Source of the DNA: an uncultured Syntrophaceae bacterium
GTDB taxonomy: Bacteria > Desulfobacterota > Syntrophia > Syntrophales > UBA2210
NCBI GenBank assembly: GCA_964610735.1
Contig: CAZSYH010000003.1
Span: forward strand, 8,083 to 72,082
Length of the DNA: 64,000 nt
Direction of reading: 5' to 3'
The position numbers were made by a program, and so were the translations under genes. The stretch's first letter is position 1. The number at the start of each line of letters is the position of its first letter. The notes beneath the pieces were generated by a model. It had not been told where the DNA came from and did no database searches. It was given only the letters and a program-made list of their open reading frames with translations. Below, in pieces: positions 9,333 through 17,360 of the stretch.

Positions 9333-11030
9333 ATGGCAAACGCAATCAAGTATGATGACAAACCCTGGCTTAAATCGTATGAAAAGGGGGTCCCGGAATT
9401 TGTTGATTATGAGGAAGTATGCATGCCGGATTTTCTTAACCGGTCGGCCCGTGATTTTCCCGAAATAGACGCGCTTATTTTTCAGGGATATAAGCAGACC
9501 TACAAGGAGCTCAAGGAGATGGTGGATCGTTTCGCGACCTGTCTTGCGGACTTCGGCGTGCAAAAGGGGGACGCCGTCGCGATACTCCTGCCCAACCTGA
9601 TTCCCTGTGTCGCGGCCTACTTCGCCATTATGCAAGTAGGTGGAGTAGCGGTCATGAACAACCCTCTCTATTCGGATGTCGAGCTTGAACATCAGTTTAA
9701 TGATTCCGGGTCAAAGGTGCTCATAACCCTCGATCTCCTCGGAAACCGGATGATCGATCTTCGTCCGAAGACAAAGATCAAACAGATTATCTATACCTCC
9801 ATCGGGGATTATCTTCCCTTTCCCAAGAGTCTTTTGTTCCCGCTTGTGGCGAAGAAGAAGAAACTTGCCGCGGATGTTAAAGAGGCCCACGATGTTTACA
9901 AATGGAAGGATTGTATCGCGAAATACGCACCCAATCCACCTTCCGTGAAGATCGATTTTGAAGATGTAGCCATGTACCAGTATACCGGCGGCACGACAGG
10001 GGTTTCCAAGGGTGTTATGCTGACCCACGCCAATCTGAGCAAACAGGTGCAGCACCTGGCCGCGTGGTTTCCAAAGTTTGGCAAAGGAACAGAGAGGATG
10101 CTGGGGGCGCTCCCCTTCTTCCATGTCTTCGGTCTGTCCACGGCAATGAACTTTTCCGTGTACATGGGATGGACCGATATCCTCGTTCCCAAACCCCAGC
10201 CGGAGCCCCTTCTCGAGGCAATAGGAAAATTCAAACCCACCTTTGCGCCGCTTGTGCCGACCATGTACATAGGGATGTTGAACCATCCTGATATCAAGAA
10301 GACGGATATGAGCTGCATAAAGGGCTGTTTCTCCGGAAGCGCGCCGCTTCCGGTCGAAGTTATCAATGATTTTGAAAGGGTTACAGGGGCTGTTATCGTC
10401 GAGGGGTTTGGAATGACAGAGACGACACCCGTCACACACATAAACCCGTTCGCGGGCGGAGCGCGCAAGGTTGGGAGCGTTGGACTTCCCATCTCCGACA
10501 CGCTCTGCAGGATCGTCGATCTGGATGACGGTGTTACGGAGATGCCTGTGGGCGAGTCGGGAGAGCTGATCGTCAAAGGGCCGCAGATCATGAAGGGCTA
10601 CAAGGGTATGCCTGATGAGACGGCTAACACCCTGAAGGACGGCTGGATCTATACCGGGGACATCGCTACGATGGATGAGGATGGATATTTCTACATCGTG
10701 GACCGCAAGAAGGATATGATCATATCGGGTGGTTTCAATGTCTATCCGCGTGACATAGACGAGGTGTTTTATGAGAACCCGAAGGTTCAGGAGGCCTGCT
10801 CCATAGGAATCCCCGATCCGAAGAGGGGGGAAAGCGTCAAGGTCTTTGTGGTGCTGAAGGAAGGTGAAAGCGCCACAGAGGAAGAGATGATAGAGTTTTG
10901 TAAGGGCAAACTGGCCGTCTATAAGCTTCCGACGGAGATAGAGTTCCGCAAGGAACTTCCAAAAACCAATATCGGCAAAATCCTCCGCAAGGACCTGAGG
11001 AAGGATGAGCTGGCAAAGAGGAAGAAATAG
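9333..11030 (+). CDS. fadD: Long/medium-chain fatty acid-CoA ligase (AMP-dependent synthetase)
   Basis: 565 aa. YTGGTTGVSKGV adenylation motif, GYGMTE-like GFGMTET, C-terminal LPKTNIGKILRK. Confidence 0.9.
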   Translation: MANAIKYDDKPWLKSYEKGVPEFVDYEEVCMPDFLNRSARDFPEIDALIFQGYKQTYKELKEMVDRFATCLADFGVQKGDAVAILLPNLIPCVAAYFAIMQVGGVAVMNNPLYSDVELEHQFNDSGSKVLITLDLLGNRMIDLRPKTKIKQIIYTSIGDYLPFPKSLLFPLVAKKKKLAADVKEAHDVYKWKDCIAKYAPNPPSVKIDFEDVAMYQYTGGTTGVSKGVMLTHANLSKQVQHLAAWFPKFGKGTERMLGALPFFHVFGLSTAMNFSVYMGWTDILVPKPQPEPLLEAIGKFKPTFAPLVPTMYIGMLNHPDIKKTDMSCIKGCFSGSAPLPVEVINDFERVTGAVIVEGFGMTETTPVTHINPFAGGARKVGSVGLPISDTLCRIVDLDDGVTEMPVGESGELIVKGPQIMKGYKGMPDETANTLKDGWIYTGDIATMDEDGYFYIVDRKKDMIISGGFNVYPRDIDEVFYENPKVQEACSIGIPDPKRGESVKVFVVLKEGESATEEEMIEFCKGKLAVYKLPTEIEFRKELPKTNIGKILRKDLRKDELAKRKK

Positions 11031-11053
11031 GGCATGGGAAAAGATATTTAAGA

Positions 11054-11087
11054 ATTCGGGCGGGGGGACTAATCTTCCCGCCCGAAT
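11054..11087 (+). terminator. Hairpin downstream of fadD (no T-run)
   Basis: 11-bp perfect stem ATTCGGGCGGG (11054-11064) / CCCGCCCGAAT (11077-11087). Confidence 0.45.
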
Positions 11088-11139
11088 AGTTTGTGGGCGG
11101 AGGCCGGACGAAGGTGCCGGTGAACCCTCTGGCGCTGGG

Positions 11140-11210
11140 TGGCATGCGGGGCACTTTGTTATGATGGAGGACGCGGAGGCATTTAACGCGGCGTTGAGGG
11201 AATTTCGGGG
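11140..11210 (+). pseudogene. Relic of an alpha/beta-hydrolase C-terminus
   Basis: In the frame of track ORF 11005..11376 the stretch ...WHAGHFVMMEDAEAFNAALREFRG matches the generic C-terminal catalytic-His motif of alpha/beta-fold hydrolases (GH[FW]-x3-E-x-PE-x-FN-x3-L-x-F). The upstream sequence is not hydrolase-like and no proper stop remains. Confidence 0.35.
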
Positions 11211-11224
11211 TCGCTGGAGGGATA

Positions 11225-11689
11225 ATGACCAGGATATTGATTGTCTATCATTCGCAGACTGGAAGCACCGAAAAAATGGCCGGGGCGGTCGCGGCGGGAG
11301 CGGCAAGTATGGAGGACACAGAGGTGATTATAAAAAAGGCGAAGGACGCGTCTCTGGAGGATCTTCTCGACTGTGACGGACTCGCGATCGGAACTCCGGA
11401 AAACTTCGGGTACATGTCCGGCGCCGTCAAGGACTTTTTTGACCGCACCTTTTATCCCGCGGAGGGGAAGGTTTTCAGAAAGCCCTATGTTGTTTTTATC
11501 AGCGCGGGAAATGATGGAACAGGGGCACTGAGCAGTATAGAGCGCATTGCCCTCGGATTTCAGTTCAAGAAGGTTTATGATCCTGTTATCGCGAGGATGT
11601 CAAAGGGGGGCGTAACGGACGAGATTCTTGCGCGGTGCCGGGAATTGGGCCAGACAATCACCGGCGGCATTAACGCGGGGATATATTGA
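11225..11689 (+). CDS. Flavodoxin-like fold protein
   Basis: 154 aa. MTRILIVYHSQTGSTEKMA is an FMN-binding loop typical of flavodoxin/WrbA-like proteins. Confidence 0.8.
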   Translation: MTRILIVYHSQTGSTEKMAGAVAAGAASMEDTEVIIKKAKDASLEDLLDCDGLAIGTPENFGYMSGAVKDFFDRTFYPAEGKVFRKPYVVFISAGNDGTGALSSIERIALGFQFKKVYDPVIARMSKGGVTDEILARCRELGQTITGGINAGIY

Positions 11690-11726
11690 ATCTTGAATGC
11701 CTGTAATCACTCACGTAGTCGGGCTG

Positions 11727-11742
11727 TCCCGACAAGTCGGGA
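11727..11742. repeat. 16-nt palindrome TCCCGACAAGTCGGGA (copy 1 of 4)
   Basis: 7-bp arms with a 2-bp spacer. An extra GTCGGG arm lies at 11718-11723. Identical to 51192-51207 and related to 52212-52227 and 37937-37952. Confidence 0.8.
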
Positions 11743-11744
11743 TT

Positions 11745-11790
11745 AGCCTGAAGGCTGTTAGTTTTTTTTGTAACCTGAATGCCTACGGCC
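11745..11790 (+). repeat. REP-like element, AGSCTGAAGGCTGTTAG...AACCTRAATGCCT family
   Basis: AGCCTGAAGGCTGTTAGTTTTTTTTGTAACCTGAATGCCTACGGCC aligns at roughly 80% with the reverse complement of 22590-22640. Confidence 0.65.
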
Positions 11791-12305
11791 TTGCCCTGCC
11801 CTTTGCCCATAAATCGCCACCTATGAGCATAAACCCTTCACGCATTAATTGTAAAAGCGAGGACCCCTGCCACATTTAATAACCCGGATATCGACGTCTA
11901 TATAGCGACGGGCAAGGGAAAGAACAAGGATAAGAGGTCCCTGGATGAACGCAATCGAGGTGTAAAGAAACCGGAGTTCACCTGCGATGCGGATAAGAAC
12001 AATCCTGATTGTACCACTGGTCATATTTTGAACGCTGCCACAATTATTTCCTTGACAACGAAGGTGTCGTGTGGGAGAAATCCGGACTGGGACGGGAAGG
12101 TTCTAGAATATGGAATTCATACTCGCAATCATCCTGGTATTATTTAGAGTGTGGATTTTCATAATCAGTCATTTGTAGAATTTTCACAGTTGTTTTTGTC
12201 GGCTGGGTGGCTGTTTTTTTGACAACGACATGAAGTTATACTTTATGTTTCCAGCACTTAAGGCAGCCTAATTCTTTTCTCAAACTACAACAAGGAGGGT
12301 AGATT

Positions 12306-13691
12306 ATGAGTAGCACACAAGGAACTGGGAGGGAGTTGCCGTATAGCGGGGGTATACTGAAACTGCGGTTACCTTTCATTCACTACAGATTTGAATATCA
12401 GGATTTTATCCAGGGCGCGATCTTAAGCTGCATACCGCTAGGTATTACGGCAGCCATGGTTAAAGTCTTGGGGGTCCCCATCGAAGTGGCTGTTCTCATG
12501 GTTGTAATCAATAATTTCCTTTATCTATTGCATACTTCTTTTGGTGATCCATCGATTGCCGGCTGGATTACTGCCGGAATTCCGCTTTATATTACGTATC
12601 TGACCGGCTTTGAAGCGGGTCCAGAAAGGATCTTGGCACTTGTAGCCCTGCAGGTGCTTGTGGGTTTGATTTTCCTTGTCCTGGGGGTGAGCGGTATCGC
12701 AAAATATGTATTCCAGCATTTTCCAATTTCCATGCGTGCCGGTATTCTTCTTGGCGCCGGTTTTGCGTCTCTCATGAGGATCTTTGATCCCGCACAGCCC
12801 TTTATGGGTAAGATGCCCATCGCCTTTGTTATTGCCTCACTTGGAAGTTTCTTCATCCTGTTTTCCGCCAGGGCGATTTATTACAGGGCACACCACAACT
12901 GGTTTGCGTGGGTAGCCGGTTTCGGTATCGCACCCGGATTTGTTATTGGTTACATTGTGGGACTTATTACGGGGGAAATACCTCCTCCCAAGGGGATATT
13001 TGACCACTTTATCATCCAGATGCCTTTCGGGGAGCTGCTCACCTCATGGAGCGCCGTAGGCCTGGGGTGGCCTTCAGCCAGCATGTGGGTTGCCGCGATC
13101 TCCCTTGCCATTGTGGCGTATGTCCTTGCCTTTGGGGATGTTGTGGTGCTGCAGGCCATGATTGAGAACTGCAACGATGTCAGGAAGGATGAAAATGTTG
13201 TTTTCGAAGTCCCGAGAAATCATGTCATCACATCTGTCCGTAATCTCGTTGAGGGTGTATGTATGCCTTATCTTGGGCTCTGTGGCCCTCAGTGGACAGG
13301 CGGACAGGCGCTGGTTGTGAACCGGTTTGTACATTCAACAGCGGCGCAGGAGCCTTCTTACTGGGGTGGTGCCACCTCCATATTCTGGGGTATGAGCATC
13401 GCGATGCTCTTTCACCCGTTTGTACAGATTATTCTGCCGGCCAAGCTGATCGGATTCGGCCTGACCCTTCTGATCCAGGGATATCTCTGTGTATATATTG
13501 CTTTCGCAATGTGCACAAACAATGTCCAGCGCGGTATCGCGGGTGTTATGGGTGCGGCCCTGGTTTCGGCCAACTACGTAAAACTCTGGCACAGCGCGTT
13601 CTGGTCCGGACCTACACTGGCTCTTATTATCGGCCTAATCCTCTTTTTACTGCTGGAATACGGCCATCAAGAAAAGGATAAAAAAGTATAA
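12306..13691 (+). CDS. Polytopic integral membrane protein, probable permease (family not recognised)
   Basis: 461 aa with about 12 or more hydrophobic segments. SD AAGGAGGG at 12292-12299. Coding is clear, but there is no motif I can assign. Confidence 0.7.
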   Translation: MSSTQGTGRELPYSGGILKLRLPFIHYRFEYQDFIQGAILSCIPLGITAAMVKVLGVPIEVAVLMVVINNFLYLLHTSFGDPSIAGWITAGIPLYITYLTGFEAGPERILALVALQVLVGLIFLVLGVSGIAKYVFQHFPISMRAGILLGAGFASLMRIFDPAQPFMGKMPIAFVIASLGSFFILFSARAIYYRAHHNWFAWVAGFGIAPGFVIGYIVGLITGEIPPPKGIFDHFIIQMPFGELLTSWSAVGLGWPSASMWVAAISLAIVAYVLAFGDVVVLQAMIENCNDVRKDENVVFEVPRNHVITSVRNLVEGVCMPYLGLCGPQWTGGQALVVNRFVHSTAAQEPSYWGGATSIFWGMSIAMLFHPFVQIILPAKLIGFGLTLLIQGYLCVYIAFAMCTNNVQRGIAGVMGAALVSANYVKLWHSAFWSGPTLALIIGLILFLLLEYGHQEKDKKV

Positions 13692-13725
13692 GTAAACTTC
13701 ATTCAACGCGGAGAATCTTACGTGG

Positions 13726-13830
13726 TTAGTAAATCGGCCAGGCTCGTTGCTGGAAAACCTGGCCGCCTTAAACGAGCCAAACCGTAAATCAAATCGGGTT
13801 AAGCTTTACATAAAAATACGGATTTACTAA
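13726..13830 (+). other. Nested/alternative inverted repeats (candidate structured RNA or REP)
   Basis: Outer 10-bp IR TTAGTAAATC (13726-13735) / GATTTACTAA (13821-13830). Inner GGCCAGG (13736-42) / CCTGGCC (13758-64) competes with GGCTCGTT (13741-48) / AACGAGCC (13771-78). Confidence 0.4.
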
Positions 13831-13846
13831 TCAGGGGTAGTCTGGT

Positions 13847-14086
13847 ATGGGATGGAAGAGAGAGGTGAAAGATAATCTGCTTCTGTTTATGAAGGCAGGC
13901 CTTCCTTTCACAGTGGCAGGGATAGTCATAATATTTCTCGGGCTTTATTTTTTAAAAGAGTGGTTTGCGGACAGTGAATATCTGGTGGCAATTCTTTTTA
14001 TCTGGCTTGCCCTGTTCTGGTTTATTTATCAGCCTCTGTTTAAAAAACGAATACAGAAGGTGAAAAACGGGCTGAGAAGGCATTGA
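13847..14086 (+). CDS. Small hypothetical membrane protein (2 predicted TM helices)
   Basis: 79 aa with two hydrophobic stretches (LPFTVAGIVIIFLGLYFL; LVAILFIWLALFWFIY) and a basic C-terminus. Weak SD AGGGG. Confidence 0.45.
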   Translation: MGWKREVKDNLLLFMKAGLPFTVAGIVIIFLGLYFLKEWFADSEYLVAILFIWLALFWFIYQPLFKKRIQKVKNGLRRH

Positions 14087-14228
14087 GGTTGTGGCGCAGC
14101 GACAACCGGGAATTGGTTCTTGTACGCATTCAAAAGGAATGCCCTTGTGCCTTCAATGGCACAGAGGCTCTTGGGTGCAAAGAATTTTTTGAAAGACAAT
14201 TTAAAAAAGAAAGAGGAGGAAAGAAAGT

Positions 14229-15371
14229 ATGGATTTTGAATTAAGCAGTGAGCATCAAATGTTACGTGACATGACGTACCGCTTTGCCAAGGACAAGTTT
14301 ACCCCTCTGATTGAAGAGTGCGACCGGGAAGAGAAGTACACGCGTGATCTCGTCACGGAGGCTGCGGAAGTGGGCCTCGTCGGTGCGTGGATTCCCGAGG
14401 AGTACGGCGGAGCAGGGATGGGCAGCTTGGGGAACGCCCTCATCACCGAACAGATTTCCAGGGTGGACATGGCGATAGGCCACAATATCTGGGCCGCGAG
14501 CTTTGGCTGTGAGGACATTCTCCATTACGGTTCAGAAGAACAGAAAAAGACATATCTCCCGAAAGTATGTAAGGGTGAGTGGATAAGCGCCGGGGCCTTT
14601 ACGGAGCCCAACGCCGGTACGGACGTTGCCGGTTATCAGACGCGGGCTGTCAAAGATGGTAACGATTTTGTGATTACCGGTAACAAAATATTCATTACCA
14701 ACGCCTCATACAGCGACTTTATGCTGGTGCAGTGCATCACCAACCCCGATGCGAAGAGGCATGACCAGTTCAGCCAGATCATTGTCCCGACTAACACGAA
14801 GGGAGTGACCACAAACCATATGACAGGAAAACTGGGACTCCGGTCCAGTGATACGTCAGAGGTCGCCTTTGATGAGGTACGCGTCCCTCAGGCCAACCTT
14901 GTTGGAACGGAAGGGAATGGTTTCCGCCAGCTCATGAATCTCTTCGACACGACCCGCGTCTGGATTGCCGGCCAGTGTCTCGGCCTCTCTGAGGCTTGCC
15001 TCGAGGCGAGCGTAAAGTATGTCAAGCAGCGAATGGTCTTTGGCAAACCGCTCGGCAGTTTCCAGATATCCCAGATGAAGCTGACGGAGATGGCGGTTAA
15101 TATTGAAGCCCTCAGAGGCATGGTTTACAAGGCCGCTTGGCTGGTTGATAACGGGAGTCCTGATTTCACACTCTCGGCGATGGCGAAGTACTTCGGCGGA
15201 AAGACCGCTGTTTCCTCCGCCAACTACGCCGTGGAACTCCACGGGAGCTATGGCTACTTCGAGGACTATCCGGTTCAGAAGTGGTACCGTGACGCCAAGA
15301 TCCTCGAACTCTACGAGGGGACGAAGGAAGCGGAGATCATGACCCTTGGGCGGCATGTTCAGAAAGATTAG
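14229..15371 (+). CDS. Acyl-CoA dehydrogenase
   Basis: 380 aa. ...GAFTEPNAGTDVAG..., ...YEGTKEAEIMTLGR... are typical ACAD motifs. SD GAGGAGGA upstream. Confidence 0.9.
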   Translation: MDFELSSEHQMLRDMTYRFAKDKFTPLIEECDREEKYTRDLVTEAAEVGLVGAWIPEEYGGAGMGSLGNALITEQISRVDMAIGHNIWAASFGCEDILHYGSEEQKKTYLPKVCKGEWISAGAFTEPNAGTDVAGYQTRAVKDGNDFVITGNKIFITNASYSDFMLVQCITNPDAKRHDQFSQIIVPTNTKGVTTNHMTGKLGLRSSDTSEVAFDEVRVPQANLVGTEGNGFRQLMNLFDTTRVWIAGQCLGLSEACLEASVKYVKQRMVFGKPLGSFQISQMKLTEMAVNIEALRGMVYKAAWLVDNGSPDFTLSAMAKYFGGKTAVSSANYAVELHGSYGYFEDYPVQKWYRDAKILELYEGTKEAEIMTLGRHVQKD

Positions 15372-15547
15372 GATGCCGCGCTGTACCGCAGATTCGTTTT
15401 TCGGTAAGTAATGTGTGCTACGGAATGGGAGGGTCCTCGTGTAAGCCAGGCGAGTATCCTCCCCTCCGGGCATATAAGGGTGAGGAGAATAGCCTGTCCG
15501 TGGGTACCGCGGATTTCGATTTTTATATTAGAAAGGAGTGTTTTATA

Positions 15548-16411
15548 ATGGAAATTAAAAAAGTTCTAATGATCGGCGCCGGTCAGATGGGGAATGGAAT
15601 TGCCCAGGTTATGGCTATGTCCGGCCGCCAGGTGGCCATGTTTGATGTTAAGCAGGAATTTGTCGACAAGGGTATTGCGACCATCGAGAAAAGTCTGAAC
15701 AGAAGTGTTGAAAAGGGTAAAATGACGCAGGATGAAAAAAAGGCCATCATGGGCCGTATCACTACAGGCGTAGAATGGGGTCCCAAAGACTGTGATGTGG
15801 ATCTGGCCATGGAAGCGGTTATCGAAGACATGGATCTCAAAAAGTCTATTTTTAAGAAGTTGGATGGATGGTGTCCCGAGCGAACCATCTTTGCTACCAA
15901 CACATCCACGCTGCCTGTTACGGCTATGGGAGGTGTTACCAGTCGGCCTCACAAGATGATAGGCATGCATTTCTTCAGCCCTGTTCCCATCATGAAACTA
16001 ATCGAAGGTGTTGTGGGCCTGGCAACCGATGAGGAAACCTACAAGAGCATTGAGGCTCTGGGTAACAGTCTTCCTAACAAAACGTTCATCAAGGTCTCTG
16101 ATTCCCCCGGGTTTGTAGGTAATCGTATTATGGTTCCGATGATGAATGAAGCCATCTTTACACTGTTTGAAGGTGTGGCTGAGCCTGACGTTATAGATAA
16201 TGTAGCTCTTCTGGGATTCAATCATCCCATCGGTCCTCTTCGTCTTTGTGACGCTATAGGCCTGGACACCATCCTGCATGTGATGGAGATCCTTTACGGC
16301 GAATACGGAGATACCAAATATCGTCCCTGCCCCCTGTTGAGGAAATATGTTGAAGCCGGCTGGCTTGGCAAAAAAGCAGGACGGGGCTTCTACAACGATT
16401 ATAAAAAATAA
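15548..16411 (+). CDS. hbd: 3-hydroxyacyl-CoA (3-hydroxybutyryl-CoA) dehydrogenase
   Basis: Track ORF trimmed to ATG 15548 (SD AAAGGAG). [20 protein letters not shown] is a Rossmann motif. Paralogue of 24094..24954. Confidence 0.9.
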   Translation: MEIKKVLMIGAGQMGNGIAQVMAMSGRQVAMFDVKQEFVDKGIATIEKSLNRSVEKGKMTQDEKKAIMGRITTGVEWGPKDCDVDLAMEAVIEDMDLKKSIFKKLDGWCPERTIFATNTSTLPVTAMGGVTSRPHKMIGMHFFSPVPIMKLIEGVVGLATDEETYKSIEALGNSLPNKTFIKVSDSPGFVGNRIMVPMMNEAIFTLFEGVAEPDVIDNVALLGFNHPIGPLRLCDAIGLDTILHVMEILYGEYGDTKYRPCPLLRKYVEAGWLGKKAGRGFYNDYKK

Positions 16412-16431
16412 TAACGGGAGGTGTAAGTATC

Positions 16432-17214
16432 ATGGCAGAATATAAGAATTTGCTATTTGAAAACCAGGACGGTATAGGCATTTTGACCATGAACAGGCCA
16501 AAGGCCCTGAATGCTCTGAATTCGGAAACCCTGAGCGAGCTTTCGTCATTGGTGGATGAAATCGCCGCGGATGATTCCGTTAAGGTTGTCATTATAACGG
16601 GAGCAGAGAGATCCTTTGTTGCCGGTGCCGACATTGTTGAGATGCTGAATTTCACCGCCGCCGAAGGACGGGCTTTTGGACAGCTGGGACAGGCTACATT
16701 CTTTAAAATTGAAAAAATGAATAAACCTGTTATTGCTGCTATCAACGGGTTTGCCCTGGGGGGCGGCTGTGAGCTGTCCATGGCCTGTGACATCAGAATT
16801 GCCTCGGAAAAAGCCAAGTTCGGCCAGCCTGAAGTGGGTCTGGGGATAGTACCCGGATTTGGCGGAACCCAGCGTCTACCGCGTCTGGTAGGCAGAGGTA
16901 AGGCCAAGGAAATTATCTTTACAGGCAATGTTTATGATGCTCAGGAAGCCTTAAGGATCGGGCTGGTAGAGCAGGTTGTGGCTCCGGAGGAGCTTATGGA
17001 GGCGGCCAAGGCCATGGCTAAGAAGATAATGAAGAATGGTCCCTATGCAGTAAGGCTTTGCAAGGATGCCATTAATATGGGTCTGGATATTGACCTGGCT
17101 TCCGGGCAGGAATATGAAGCGACACTCTTTGCCGTTACCTGTGCAACCAGTGACAAGAAAGAAGGCATGTCGGCATTTGTGGACAAAAGGAAACCAGTCT
17201 TTTCCGGAAAGTAA
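16432..17214 (+). CDS. crt: Enoyl-CoA hydratase (crotonase)
   Basis: 260 aa. ...FVAGADI..., ...AAINGFALGGGCELSMACDIRIA..., C-terminal ...SDKKEGMSAFVDKRKPVFSGK. Confidence 0.9.
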   Translation: MAEYKNLLFENQDGIGILTMNRPKALNALNSETLSELSSLVDEIAADDSVKVVIITGAERSFVAGADIVEMLNFTAAEGRAFGQLGQATFFKIEKMNKPVIAAINGFALGGGCELSMACDIRIASEKAKFGQPEVGLGIVPGFGGTQRLPRLVGRGKAKEIIFTGNVYDAQEALRIGLVEQVVAPEELMEAAKAMAKKIMKNGPYAVRLCKDAINMGLDIDLASGQEYEATLFAVTCATSDKKEGMSAFVDKRKPVFSGK

Positions 17215-17360
17215 GTTGTCAGTTTGAGGGAAACCGGAAATCTGGCATGTGTCAACTATTCGCTGGTTGTGAGGCATGGAGTGCCGAGCGGCCAGCGAAT
17301 GGGAACAAAAGCTTTTTTATATGTGTTAAGAGGAAAATTCTTATCGAAAAAGGAGGAACT

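Noticed and set aside
9711-11306. 531-aa minus-strand ORF covering fadD and the spacer after it
   Set aside because: It is antisense to a clear acyl-CoA ligase, runs through the fadD terminator hairpin, and has no SD or motifs.
11697-11879. 60-aa + strand ORF after the flavodoxin gene
   Set aside because: It is built from the stacked intergenic repeats (the palindrome and the REP copy), with no SD.
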